Assembly (NCBI GenBank): GCA_951812955.1
Contig: OX638340.1
Location: 2,464,001 to 2,528,000, forward strand
DNA from: an uncultured Gemmatimonadota bacterium
Lineage (GTDB): Bacteria; JAAXHH01
Reading direction: 5' to 3'
Length of the DNA: 64,000 bases
In this document: positions 1 through 9,266 of the stretch, piece after piece
How positions within the stretch are numbered: position 1 is the stretch's first letter
How the letters are laid out: each line of letters starts with the position of its first letter
Position numbers and translations under genes: made by a program
The notes under the pieces: generated by a model
Seen by the model: only the letters and a program-made list of their open reading frames with translations
Told to the model about the DNA's origin: nothing
Database searches by the model: none

Positions 1-15
1 GCCAGCGCCCAGAAG

Positions 16-1200
16 ATGCTGATCTTCATGGACCTGGAACAGCAGGACCATCTCAAGGCCTACGGCATAGCCTTTCAGGCGCTGGAGCAGGGCTATACCG
101 TTGAATGGCTGCTGAACTACCGCGGCGGATCCTTTATCATGGACCCCACGGCGGACCGGGTGCGGGCCTGTTACCTGCGCGGCGTGAGCTTCAAGGTGAT
201 CGACGGCGCGGAACTGTTCCGGATCTACGCCCACATCGACGAGAATAATATGGACCGGGTCCTGCTCGAAAAAGCGCCCGGTATCGCCGTGTACACCCGG
301 CCGGACCAACGGCCGTGGGACGACGCCGTGACCATGGCGCTCGAGTACGCGGAGGTGCCCTACGAGACGATCTTCGACGAGGAGGTCCTGACCGGCGCCT
401 TGAAGGAATACGACTGGCTGCACCTGCACCACGAGGATTTCACCGGGCAGTACAGCAAGTTCTACAGCTATCACCGCATGCCCTGGTACCAGCAACAGCA
501 GGCGACCGACGAAACACTGGCAAGGATCCTGGGGTATCCGACGGTAGCGGAGGCCAAGAAGGCCGTGGCGCAGGGCATCAGGTCCTACGTGGGAAACGGC
601 GGGTTTATCTTCGCCATGTGCGCGGCGACGGAAACCCTGGAGATCGCGCTGGCGTCGGCACACACCGACATCGTGGCGCAGGAGTACGACCATACGCCTG
701 TCGATCCCGATGCCCAGTCCAAGCTGGACTTCGGCCAGACGTTCGCCTTCGAGAACTTCACGCTGCAACTGAACCCGCTCGTCGGTTCCTTCTCCAACAT
801 CGACGTGAACCAGGTCAACGCCGGCAAGGTGCCGACCGGCCCCTTCACCCTCTTCGATTTCTCCGCCAAGTACGACCCGGTTCCCACCATGCTTACCCAG
901 AACCACGTGAATTACATCGCCGGGTTCTACGGCCTGTCCACGTCCTTTCACCGCGACGTGCTCAAGCGTACCGTGGTCGTCCTCGCCGAGGAAGCCGGAA
1001 CCGATCACGTCAAGTATCTCCACGGCAACTACGGACAGGGGACTTTCACCTTCTACGGAGGACACGATCCGGAGGACGAAGAGCACCTGGTGGGCGATCC
1101 GCCGACCGATCTCTCCCTCCACAAGAACTCCCCGGGCTACCGGCTCATCCTGAACAACGTCCTATTCCCCGCGGCTAAGAAGAAAAAGCGTAAAACCTGA
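16..1200 (+). CDS. hypothetical protein, probably 5'-truncated by the window edge; the GGFIFAMCAA segment resembles a class-I glutamine-amidotransferase-like nucleophile elbow
   Basis: 394-aa ORF with the reading frame open back to nt 1; no family confidently recognised; Lys-rich C-terminal tail KKKKRKT. Confidence 0.4.
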   Translation: MLIFMDLEQQDHLKAYGIAFQALEQGYTVEWLLNYRGGSFIMDPTADRVRACYLRGVSFKVIDGAELFRIYAHIDENNMDRVLLEKAPGIAVYTRPDQRPWDDAVTMALEYAEVPYETIFDEEVLTGALKEYDWLHLHHEDFTGQYSKFYSYHRMPWYQQQQATDETLARILGYPTVAEAKKAVAQGIRSYVGNGGFIFAMCAATETLEIALASAHTDIVAQEYDHTPVDPDAQSKLDFGQTFAFENFTLQLNPLVGSFSNIDVNQVNAGKVPTGPFTLFDFSAKYDPVPTMLTQNHVNYIAGFYGLSTSFHRDVLKRTVVVLAEEAGTDHVKYLHGNYGQGTFTFYGGHDPEDEEHLVGDPPTDLSLHKNSPGYRLILNNVLFPAAKKKKRKT

Positions 1201-1229
1201 CGGCAGATCCCGTGAAAAATCAAAAACAC

Positions 1230-1258
1230 TTGCCGGTCTGCGCCGTGTCGAGTATAAT
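1230..1258 (+). promoter_or_regulatory. sigma70-like promoter (TTGCCG, 17-nt spacer, TATAAT) followed by a ~280-nt leader before ecfT
   Basis: near-consensus -35/-10 hexamers with 17-nt spacing, read directly in an AT-richer intergenic stretch. Confidence 0.45.
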
Positions 1259-1537
1259 GTTTGTTACCTCACACAGGTTTCCAGCAAAGTCATTTTAAAA
1301 GAACCTTTGCTATAAAATAGGGAATCCTGCTCCGGGTATCGATGGCATGCCTCACCAGATTGGAGGACGTCAGAACTGCCCGGGGGGACAACCACTGTTC
1401 CGAACAGGTTCTCCTAAAAATACTTATGCTCGCCTGTGTGGGGTATTTTATTGCCCGGACGCGAAAGCACGGTGTGACGTTCCAGTCCATGCTCACGCCA
1501 CCTTCCGGTAAGTAAGCTACGATATAAGAATCCCCCC

Positions 1538-2359
1538 ATGCTCCAGAACCTGACGCTGGGACAGTACTATCCCGGCGAGTCTTCCATACACCGCCTGGAC
1601 CCGCGCACCAAGCTTTGCGGCGCCCTGGCGCTGATGGCGGTGCTGATCTGGGTAAAGACCCTGCCGCTGTTCTTTTTCATGCTGGCCGCGATCGCGGTCC
1701 TGGTCCGGATCTCCGGCGTTCCGCTCCGCCTGCCCCTGAACAACCTGAAGGCCTTCCGGCTGATCCTGATCATCACCTTCGCCGCCCACGCCTGCTTCAC
1801 GCCGGGTGAAGCGGTAATTATCGCGGGATACACCGTGCCGGGTCCCAGCTGGGAGGGGATGTTTCAGGGCGTGGTTTTCTCCCTGCGCCTGATGGTCATC
1901 ATGCTGATCGCGGCGCTCCTGATGCTGACCACGGCGCCGCTGGACATATCGGATGGTATAGAGCGGCTGCTCAAACCCCTTGAACGATTCGGGCTGCCGG
2001 CCCATGAACTGGCCATGATGATGGTCATCGCCCTGCGGTTCATCCCCACGCTGGTGGAGGAAGCCGATCGCCTGCAGAAGGCCCAGGCCGCACGGGGCGC
2101 CGACTTCACCGGCAATCCCATCCGGCGCGTAAGGAAAATGACGGCTCTGCTGGTGCCGCTCATGCTTTCGGCCTTCCGTCGGGCCGAAGACCTGGCCGTC
2201 GCCATGGAGTCCCGATGCTACCGGGGCGGTACCGGACGCACCCAGTTCCGCGTCATGGCCCTTGCCCGAAACGATTACGTGGCCATCGCCGCCGTGACGA
2301 CCCTGCTCTTCCTCAGCGCGGCCGCCAACAGTCTCGAGCACATCGGCGGCCTGTTCTGA
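1538..2359 (+). CDS. ecfT: energy-coupling factor transporter transmembrane component EcfT (CbiQ family)
   Basis: 273-aa polytopic membrane protein; N-terminus MLQNLTLGQYYPGESSIHRLDPRTKL is typical of EcfT/CbiQ. Confidence 0.8.
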   Translation: MLQNLTLGQYYPGESSIHRLDPRTKLCGALALMAVLIWVKTLPLFFFMLAAIAVLVRISGVPLRLPLNNLKAFRLILIITFAAHACFTPGEAVIIAGYTVPGPSWEGMFQGVVFSLRLMVIMLIAALLMLTTAPLDISDGIERLLKPLERFGLPAHELAMMMVIALRFIPTLVEEADRLQKAQAARGADFTGNPIRRVRKMTALLVPLMLSAFRRAEDLAVAMESRCYRGGTGRTQFRVMALARNDYVAIAAVTTLLFLSAAANSLEHIGGLF

Positions 2360-2390
2360 TCCGCTTCCATCCCAAACACGCCTCACCGTC

Positions 2391-3137
2391 ATGCGCACCC
2401 TGGTCCTGAAGATCGAATACGACGGCACCGGCTTCCTCGGCTGGCAGCTCCAGCCCGAAGGCCGCACCGTGCAGGGCGTCCTGGAGGAGGCGATGCGCAC
2501 CATTCTGCAGGCCGACCTCCGCGTGACCGCGGCCGGGCGTACAGACGCCGGCGTGCACGCCACCGGCCAGGTCGTCCACTTCAGGACGGATTCGGTCATG
2601 ATGGTGGATCGGCTGAAGAAAGGGTTGAACGGCGTCCTGCCTCCGGACGTGCGCGTCCTGGAGGCTACGCAGGCGGCCGATGATTTCCACGCCCGGTTCA
2701 GCGCGGTGGGACGCCGGTACGCCTATCGGATCATCCGGCGCCCGAGCGCTTTGCGCCGGCACCATGCCTGGCACGTAGCCTACCCGCTGGACGTCGACAC
2801 CATGCGCCGGGCCTGTGTTCCCCTGGTAGGCCAGCACGACTTCACGTCTTTCTGCCAGGCCACTTCGACGGCCGACGGCACGGAATGCGAGGTGCGGGAA
2901 CTGGACTGGATCGAAGAGAAGGACGAAATCCGCCTGCATATCGAGGCGAACCGTTTCCTCCACCACATGGTGCGGACCATCGTGGGCACGGCCGTGGACA
3001 TCGGCCGGGGCCGCTGGACGGAAAGCGTCATGTGGGATATGCTGAAGGCGAAAGACCGCCGGGTGGCGGGGCCAAATGCACCGGCCCATGGGCTCTGCCT
3101 GGAGGCGGTGCGCTATCCTCGCGAATTCGGGATCTGA
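2391..3137 (+). CDS. truA: tRNA pseudouridine(38-40) synthase TruA
   Basis: Begins MRTLVLKIEYDGTGFLGWQLQP and contains RTDAGVHATGQVVHF, both TruA motifs. Confidence 0.9.
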   Translation: MRTLVLKIEYDGTGFLGWQLQPEGRTVQGVLEEAMRTILQADLRVTAAGRTDAGVHATGQVVHFRTDSVMMVDRLKKGLNGVLPPDVRVLEATQAADDFHARFSAVGRRYAYRIIRRPSALRRHHAWHVAYPLDVDTMRRACVPLVGQHDFTSFCQATSTADGTECEVRELDWIEEKDEIRLHIEANRFLHHMVRTIVGTAVDIGRGRWTESVMWDMLKAKDRRVAGPNAPAHGLCLEAVRYPREFGI

Positions 3138-3156
3138 GGCCGAACAAATCCGGTGA

Positions 3157-3981
3157 TCAAGCCCCGCCGCCGCGACGATCCACGTACGCGTCGATCTCGT
3201 CGCATACCTTGTGCAATACGGCGATGTCTCGCTGTTCCAGCCTCAGGCTCCGTCGGAGGACGCGGCGGATAGACCGCAGGAAGGTCTCCTCACTCGGAAG
3301 GGACGTGAAACCGAGCCGGAGCAGCGTCTCGTGGACGCGGTGGGTAACGCGTTCCACTTCACTGTTTCCGGCAAGGCTTACCTCGGAGACCGGTGGCGCC
3401 TCTCCTCCGGTACGAAAAAGCTCGTACGCGCAGACCATGACCGACTGGGCGAGGTTCAGGGACGGATAGGTCATCGCCGCGGGGATCCGGGCGATGGCGT
3501 TGCAGCGTTGCAGTTCATCGTTCAGCAGGCCGCGGTCTTCCCGCCCGAAGAGGATTCCGGCGGGCTGGTTCCGCGCCACGGCGGTAAGTTCGGCGCAGGC
3601 CTGGTCGATGGGTTGGATGGGATTCATCCAGATGCCGCGCGTGCGGTTGGTCGTGCCGACGACAAGGGCGAGGTCTTTCACCCCATCGTCCAGCGTCGGG
3701 ACTACGCGGGCGTTATCCAGGATCTCCCCGGCGCCGTGGGCCATCCAGCGGGCCTCAGCCTCCTGGCGGAATTCGACCGGGTTGATCAGGACGAGGCGGG
3801 AAAGCCCCATGGTCGTCATGGCCCGGGCGACGGCCCCTATGTTGCCGGGCACCTTCGGTTCTACGAGTACGATGTGAATGCGCGAGAAATAGTCCGGCGC
3901 GATGCTTTCCGTTCGATCAGCCATTGGTATTTCCAGGTCTGTCGGGCCTTGACTGAACAACGCAGCCGTCCTCATGAGCAT
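3157..3981 (-). CDS. trmJ: SpoU/TrmJ-family tRNA/rRNA 2'-O-methyltransferase (the real start may be the internal Met near 3924)
   Basis: IVLVEPKVPGNIGAVARAMTTMGLSRLVLINP SpoU methylase motif. Confidence 0.7.
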   Translation of the reverse strand: MLMRTAALFSQGPTDLEIPMADRTESIAPDYFSRIHIVLVEPKVPGNIGAVARAMTTMGLSRLVLINPVEFRQEAEARWMAHGAGEILDNARVVPTLDDGVKDLALVVGTTNRTRGIWMNPIQPIDQACAELTAVARNQPAGILFGREDRGLLNDELQRCNAIARIPAAMTYPSLNLAQSVMVCAYELFRTGGEAPPVSEVSLAGNSEVERVTHRVHETLLRLGFTSLPSEETFLRSIRRVLRRSLRLEQRDIAVLHKVCDEIDAYVDRRGGGA

Positions 3982-4097
3982 GGGACGGCTGGAAAATAAC
4001 GTAAATTGCTAAATGCAGGCTGGAGCGTGGCACGCGATGCAGGCCGAAACAGGGCACGCGGCACGCGATACGGAATGGACGCGGCTCACGCCCGTTC

Positions 4098-4253
4098 CTA
4101 TTCCTTCGCTTCCAGCGCTTCCACGGCGGCCTTGAGTTCAGCGATCTCGGCCTCCAGCTTCTTTTCACGGCCTGCGATTGTGAAGAGGTACACGAACAGC
4201 CCGATCCAAATCAGCGTGTATGCGGAAAACAAGTACCAGAAGTTCTGATCCAC
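4098..4253 (-). CDS. ccmD: haem exporter protein CcmD (51 aa, GTG start); absent from the ORF track
   Basis: Translation VDQNFWYLFSAYTLIWIGLFVYLFTIAGREKKLEAEIAELKAAVEALEAKE has a single TM helix plus a charged tail; AAGGAG Shine-Dalgarno 10 nt upstream; sits immediately downstream of ccmC as in ccmABCD operons. Confidence 0.6.
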   Translation of the reverse strand: MDQNFWYLFSAYTLIWIGLFVYLFTIAGREKKLEAEIAELKAAVEALEAKE

Positions 4254-4376
4254 GGTTCAAACACTCCTTTCAATGCTCAAGCCCCGGCGCATCGCCGACG
4301 GTCTCCTGAAGGCACAACTCAGCGGACTGACCGACGGGTTTCCACGCGCCCGGTCAAACCGGCGGAAAGACTTGAA

Positions 4377-5105
4377 TCAAACGCCTACGCTGCCGGGATG
4401 CCGGTGCTCCACGCGCTCCCGCAGGTCCTCGGCCTCGTCGCGCAGGCGCTCCAGCGCCATACGCCGGCCCATGAGGTAGAAGAAGAGCAGGGTGAAGACG
4501 ACCGCCGACACACCCAGCGCGATGCGCATGTCGACTTCCATGCCCGCTCCCAGGCCCTCTTCCGTCATGACCAGGGAGTCGGGGTGCAGGCCCCGCCACC
4601 ACATGGTCGCGAAATGGATGAAGGGGATATCGATCGTGCCGAGGATGCCCAGTACCGCGAGGAAGGTCTTCACCTGCGGCATGTCGTCGCCGTACACGCG
4701 CAGCATCAGGTAGGCTACGTAGATGAGCCAGAGAATCATGGAGAAGGTGAGCCGGGGGTCCCAGGTCCACCACGTTCCCCACACCGGCTTGCCCCAGATC
4801 GGACCGGTGATCATCACGAAGCAGCAGAAAACGAAACCGATCTCAGCGGCGCTGTAGGCCACGATGTCCCACTTCCGCTCCCGCAGCCACAGGTAGATGA
4901 CGCTCGAAACGCCCACCAGGACAAAGGCGAACTCCGCGATCCAGGCGGATGCTACGTGGAAATACATGATCCGCTGCACGTCGCCCATGACCCGCTCCCG
5001 GGGCGCCCAGATCAGCGAAAGGTACAGCGTGGCGACCAGTCCCAGGAGGCAGATGAGGCCGAAGGGGGTGATGCGCAGGCGGGCGGCTATTCCAGCCATT
5101 TTCAT
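4377..5105 (-). CDS. ccmC: haem exporter protein CcmC
   Basis: WWD domain GTWWTWDPRL; polytopic membrane protein. Confidence 0.9.
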   Translation of the reverse strand: MKMAGIAARLRITPFGLICLLGLVATLYLSLIWAPRERVMGDVQRIMYFHVASAWIAEFAFVLVGVSSVIYLWLRERKWDIVAYSAAEIGFVFCCFVMITGPIWGKPVWGTWWTWDPRLTFSMILWLIYVAYLMLRVYGDDMPQVKTFLAVLGILGTIDIPFIHFATMWWRGLHPDSLVMTEEGLGAGMEVDMRIALGVSAVVFTLLFFYLMGRRMALERLRDEAEDLRERVEHRHPGSVGV

Positions 5106-5782
5106 TCCTCCATAATGTACTCGAACAGCATGACGGACGCGACCAGGAATACGACCGTGAACACCGAAAGCAGCCTGATCCAGTTGGCCATGTCCTGCCA
5201 GTCGCCTCCTTCGAAGGTGGTCCGCGTCGTTTCCACCAGCGCGATCAGGACGGGCGAGGCTACGGGCAGCAGCAAGACCGGCAGCATGACGTCCCGCATG
5301 CGCGTGTTGACGGCCACGGCGGCGAAAAGGGTGGCGACGGACGAGAATCCAACCGTTCCCAGAAAGAATATCACCAACAGTTTAGACAGATGGGGCAGGA
5401 TTGTCATGTTGAAAAACAGGACGAACAGCGGAAGCATCGCCAGCTGGACCAGGCCGATGAGCGTGACGTTGCCTAGCAACTTGCCCAGGAATATGGATCC
5501 GCGGTCGATGGGCGCGAGGAGCAGTCCATCGAGTGTTCCCCGGTCTTTTTCCGGCGAGAAGGACCGGCTGGCGCTCAACATGCCTGCGAAGGCGAAGGCT
5601 ACCCAGATCATGCCGGGCACCACGCGCTGCACCACGTCCGCCCCCGCGTTGAAGGCGAAGTTGAAGATGACCACGACGATCAGCGAAAAGACGAACATGG
5701 TCACGACCCGCTCGCGGGTCCGGTATTCAACGACCATGTCCTTGCGGTAGATCTGCCATGACTGGGCGAGTAAGGATCTCAT
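5102..5782 (-). CDS. ccmB: haem exporter permease CcmB
   Basis: 226-aa six-TM ABC permease with CcmB-like sequence; 4-nt overlap with ccmC. Confidence 0.85.
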   Translation of the reverse strand: MRSLLAQSWQIYRKDMVVEYRTRERVVTMFVFSLIVVVIFNFAFNAGADVVQRVVPGMIWVAFAFAGMLSASRSFSPEKDRGTLDGLLLAPIDRGSIFLGKLLGNVTLIGLVQLAMLPLFVLFFNMTILPHLSKLLVIFFLGTVGFSSVATLFAAVAVNTRMRDVMLPVLLLPVASPVLIALVETTRTTFEGGDWQDMANWIRLLSVFTVVFLVASVMLFEYIMEE

Positions 5783-5912
5783 GGGTTGCGGCTTCTCACG
5801 TTTCGTATCATCACCGGGTGATCCGGGCCGGAGCGCGCCGGTATGGGTTCCGGGCCGTAGAGCGAGTTCCGGGCCGTAGAGCGCCGGGCCACGGACCGTT
5901 TACCGGCCGATC

Positions 5913-6623
5913 CTACACAGCGTGGTCCCGGTAAGCCTGTTCGAAATCTACCCTGGACAGGTCGCGTGTCCCGGCTTCGAAAACCAGACGACCCCGGTTC
6001 AGGATGGCGACGCGGTCGGCGGATTCCAGTCCGCGGGCCAGATCGTGGGTCACCAGGAGGATCGTCTTGTTCCGAGCGGTCAGGATCGTTTTCAGCATGA
6101 CCAGCGCGTCCTGGTCCAGCCCCGAGTAGGGTTCGTCGAGTAGCAGGACGTCCGGGTCGTGCAGCAAGGCGCGGGCCAGCGCCACCCGCTGGCGCATGCC
6201 GCGCGAAAGCGTGCGCACCGGACTCCCCGCCCTGGCATCCATGCCCACCGTGCGCAGCAGCGCTTCGATCCGCTCCTCGCCGTTTTTGATTCCGTACAGT
6301 TTTCCGTAGAACCGCATGTTCTCCCGTACGGTCAATTCGTCGTAGAGATAGGTCTGGTAGGACAGCACGCCGATCCGTTCTCCCAGGGACTCGTCGCGGT
6401 CCCCGGTGATTTCGTCTCCGTCCAGCAACACCTGGCCACGGGACGGACGCACGAGCCCGGCGATGACGCCCAGGAGGGTCGATTTGCCCGCGCCGTTGGG
6501 ACCGAACAGCGCCAGGAAGGATCCCGGCGCTACTTCCATGTCCACCCGGTGCAGTGCCCGGAAGCGGCCATAGGTCTTGGTCAACTGGCGGATGCTGATG
6601 CCGGGCGCGGATCGATCACCCAT
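5913..6623 (-). CDS. ccmA: haem ABC exporter ATP-binding protein CcmA (start moved to the internal Met; the ORF-track N-terminal extension overlaps the upstream gene)
   Basis: Walker A GPNGAGKSTLL, signature LSRGMRQRVALARAL; the internal start MGDRSAPGISIRQL gives an 8-nt overlap with the upstream stop. Confidence 0.8.
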   Translation of the reverse strand: MGDRSAPGISIRQLTKTYGRFRALHRVDMEVAPGSFLALFGPNGAGKSTLLGVIAGLVRPSRGQVLLDGDEITGDRDESLGERIGVLSYQTYLYDELTVRENMRFYGKLYGIKNGEERIEALLRTVGMDARAGSPVRTLSRGMRQRVALARALLHDPDVLLLDEPYSGLDQDALVMLKTILTARNKTILLVTHDLARGLESADRVAILNRGRLVFEAGTRDLSRVDFEQAYRDHAV

Positions 6624-7803
6624 CTCCGCTCCCGGGTTGGCGCAGGCGGAGCGCCCTGGCTTTAAGGCTGTCACGACGTGCGCGATAGGCGTCCTCGCCA
6701 AGTCCTCCAGCCTCAAACTGGTCGTCCAACGTGGCCAGGGCCTGGATGATCGCGGCATACTTGCGCTCGTCTTCCGGCGAGAGATCGGCAGTGGCCGGGG
6801 GTTCGTCCGCCTGTTCGGGCTTGACGCGGATGCCCACGACGAGCCCGGCGGCGACGATGAGCACCACGAATCCCAGCATGCTCCACTTCATGACGTCCTG
6901 CCAGGCCAGTATGCGGGGAAAGGCGACCTCCACCGACATGCCCCGCCCCACGCCCACGCGGTTCGACAGCAGCAGGTATTCGTCTTCGGCGATCTGCTGC
7001 ACGCCGTCGTTGGTCAGGTTGGTGGCCGTCACGGTCTCACTGCTGGGTGAAACCAGTACCTGGACGCGGGCTACGCCATAGTCCATCTGCCGCGTGAACC
7101 GGTGATCGATGGATGCCCTGTCCAAGTCGTAGGCGTACACGATCCGGGCGACCCCGGGGGAAATGGGCGCCGAGAAAACCAGGCCGCGGTCGGTGTGCTG
7201 AAGCCCGTCCACCATCGGCTGAAGTCCAAAGGCTTCGGCGGGGAGGGTGTAGACAAGTCCCATCCCCAAGCTGGGCGGCGGCGCGAAGGTCAGGTTTCCC
7301 CGGTTCTCCACGACGATAATTTCCGTGATGGTCAGTACATCGGGATTGGCTTCGACGACCAGGTGGACCGCGCTGTGGACCAGGGCGCTCTCATCCGTCG
7401 TGATGTCGTACACCTGGAGCGGGACTTCCTGCCGTCCGGCGCCCGGTTCAAGGGGAATATGGCCTGTCAGGTAGGGCATCTCCAGGTACCGGGTGGCGAC
7501 CACATAGTGAGAGCCGTCAGCCGCCAGTCCGGTGAATTCGTACCGGCCATCGCGATCGGTGACCACCCTTGCCAGGGTTGCGTCCGGACCCTCTTCGCTG
7601 CTGTGATTCAGCAGGACCACCTCGTGTCCGGCCATCGGCAGGCCGGTGGTACCGTTTACGACGGTGAGGCCGATGCTGCCCGTTTCCTGGGCCTGCGCGG
7701 GTCGGGCTGGCCAGAACCCGCAGACCGTCAGGGAGACAAGGGCCACCAGGGCCGCATAATAAACAAAAAGCCCCGAAGGGCTGGCGTGAAGTTGATGTTT
7801 CAT
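6616..7803 (-). CDS. hypothetical signal-peptide protein with a carboxypeptidase-regulatory-like (transthyretin-fold) domain, a C-terminal TM helix and a SHOCT-like cytoplasmic tail
   Basis: N-terminal signal sequence; GSIGLTVVNGTTGLP...DRDGRYEF CarboxypepD_reg-like segment; TM WSMLGFVVLIVAAGLVVGI; tail LDDQFEAGGLGEDAYRARRDSL. Confidence 0.5.
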   Translation of the reverse strand: MKHQLHASPSGLFVYYAALVALVSLTVCGFWPARPAQAQETGSIGLTVVNGTTGLPMAGHEVVLLNHSSEEGPDATLARVVTDRDGRYEFTGLAADGSHYVVATRYLEMPYLTGHIPLEPGAGRQEVPLQVYDITTDESALVHSAVHLVVEANPDVLTITEIIVVENRGNLTFAPPPSLGMGLVYTLPAEAFGLQPMVDGLQHTDRGLVFSAPISPGVARIVYAYDLDRASIDHRFTRQMDYGVARVQVLVSPSSETVTATNLTNDGVQQIAEDEYLLLSNRVGVGRGMSVEVAFPRILAWQDVMKWSMLGFVVLIVAAGLVVGIRVKPEQADEPPATADLSPEDERKYAAIIQALATLDDQFEAGGLGEDAYRARRDSLKARALRLRQPGSGDG

Positions 7804-7807
7804 GGGA

Positions 7808-8434
7808 TCAGTTCGAGATCAGTATAGTGCCGCACTGCGCACAGAATTTAGCTGTGGCGGGGTTTTCCGTTCCGCAGCCTTCGCACGTTATGCGCGTCAG
7901 CGAAGCGCCACACTCGATGCAGAATTTCGCGGATTCCTCGTTGACTGTACCGCAGCCACCGCATGACTGGCCACTCACGGGCTGCACGGGCTGAGCGGGC
8001 TGCACGGGCTGCACGGGCTGAGCGGGCCGCTTCTCGGAGTTCTTAGTTGCTTCAACGGGCGCTTCAACGACGGCCGCCCCGGGTTCCCTGCGGCGGCGGA
8101 TCTCCAGCACCGCCTCTTCGATCTGTTCCTCTACAGGCAGATCGCTGCCGGCGGTCCGGTCCAGTTCGTCCAGCACGTCGGAGGCTTCATTCATGTACTC
8201 CTGCCGGAGCGCTTCATGATCCTCGGCGGCCAGCTTGCCCATGCTGTAATCGATGTTCAACTCGCGGATGGACGAATAGATGAAGTCCTTCTTCTTCTGC
8301 AGGTCGTCCCGTCGGGCCAAGGCGGCCCACGCGGACCGGGCGGACCAGGGGCGGCGGTCCGATCTTTCCAGCATTGGACTTATCATGTAGGCGAGTACGC
8401 CCAGTGCGAGCAGTCCGCACGCAAGCAGTGTCAT
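7808..8434 (-). CDS. membrane-anchored double zinc-ribbon protein with PAQPVQ repeats
   Basis: N-terminal TM; four CxxC pairs in the C-terminal 55 aa (CGGCG, CIECG, CEGCG, CAQCG); 9-nt tandem DNA repeats at 7981-8029. Confidence 0.5.
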   Translation of the reverse strand: MTLLACGLLALGVLAYMISPMLERSDRRPWSARSAWAALARRDDLQKKKDFIYSSIRELNIDYSMGKLAAEDHEALRQEYMNEASDVLDELDRTAGSDLPVEEQIEEAVLEIRRRREPGAAVVEAPVEATKNSEKRPAQPVQPVQPAQPVQPVSGQSCGGCGTVNEESAKFCIECGASLTRITCEGCGTENPATAKFCAQCGTILISN

Positions 8435-8488
8435 AGTCCGGACCGGCTCCCCTCGTACGCGCGCCGGCCAGACCGGTGCGACGGCTGG

Positions 8489-8962
8489 TCAGGACCGGGG
8501 AAGCGGTTCCGGCGACTTAGGCTCGGTCTGCTCATACTGACCGTATCCCCCCTCGGCCTCGTACTTGGACGGACACTTGGCGTACAGTGTATGGGCGTTG
8601 AAGGTCCCATCCCGGGCGTATTCGCCCTCCACGACCACTTCGGAATCGTCCCTGAACGTGTCGGGGACTACGCCGGTGTATACGACGGGGGCCTCGACAC
8701 CGCCCTCGCGGGCAATGAAACGGATGCGCATGGAGCCCACGTCTCCGCGCTGGATCGATCCGTTCACGACCTTGCCGTGCAGACGCATATTCTCATCGTA
8801 ATCCACCTCGCCGGTTTCTACGGCGGCCTTCAGTTCACTCACCGTCAGGTAGTACATGGTCGCATCGGTCGCTCCGGTATAGATCAGGTAGCCGATGGCG
8901 GCGATCACCAGTCCGAAGCCCACCAGGAATTTACGTTGCTTCTTCCGCTTGCGGTTTTCCAT
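8489..8962 (-). CDS. ccmE: cytochrome c-type biogenesis haem chaperone CcmE, CxxxY variant
   Basis: N-terminal basic stretch, TM and OB-fold as in CcmE; LYAKCPSKYEAE aligns with the canonical LAKHDENYTP, with Cys replacing the haem-binding His; start taken at the internal Met MENRKRKKQRKF. Confidence 0.75.
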   Translation of the reverse strand: MENRKRKKQRKFLVGFGLVIAAIGYLIYTGATDATMYYLTVSELKAAVETGEVDYDENMRLHGKVVNGSIQRGDVGSMRIRFIAREGGVEAPVVYTGVVPDTFRDDSEVVVEGEYARDGTFNAHTLYAKCPSKYEAEGGYGQYEQTEPKSPEPLPRS

Positions 8963-9266
8963 AGCTTTTCTCCATGAATGCCCTGTCCTGCGCGACCTCC
9001 GCAATATAGGCGATACGCCCGGTTCCGGCAAGCACTATTTGACCCGAAGAAGGCGCATGCAACTGCCCGTGAGCAGGGGTATTCGGGGCGAAAACACCCG
9101 CTTCTCGCACAGGCGCGCGCGCAGGCGAATGTGCTTGACACCCACCCTGGCCACGCCTACCTTACGCCGGAGTTAACCCCGAAATGAATCTCGACCAGGG
9201 ATCGTGACGCCTGCCCCGTAAAATCCTGATATCGCGCCCCGTTTCGTCTTACTCTTCAGGAGCATC

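Noticed and set aside
315-1178. Many long ORFs overlapping or antisense to the called genes. Examples are 315-1178 +, 1517-2599 -, 4398-5750 +, 12154-13428 -, 22499-24871 + (antisense to gyrB), 39974-41179 +, 41033-41725 - and 45524-46741 +.
   Set aside because: In about 65% GC DNA, stop codons are rare in alternative frames. These ORFs have Arg/Pro/Gly-rich low-complexity translations and no recognisable motifs, and each overlaps a confidently identified gene.
1259-1537. Attempt to assign the ecfT leader to a TPP, FMN, cobalamin or other riboswitch class
   Set aside because: No characteristic conserved strings (for example CUGAGA for TPP) were found by eye. It needs a covariance-model scan.
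5847-5884. 2 x 19-nt perfect tandem repeat (GTTCCGGGCCGTAGAGCG) between ccmA and ccmB
   Set aside because: Too short to be a CRISPR array or mobile-element end. Probably a trivial slippage duplication in the intergenic spacer.
7981-8029. 9-nt tandem repeats (GGGCTGCAC/GGGCTGAGC) that could be mistaken for a repeat array
   Set aside because: They are in-frame codons for the PAQPVQ low-complexity linker of the zinc-ribbon protein, not a CRISPR or other spaced-repeat feature.
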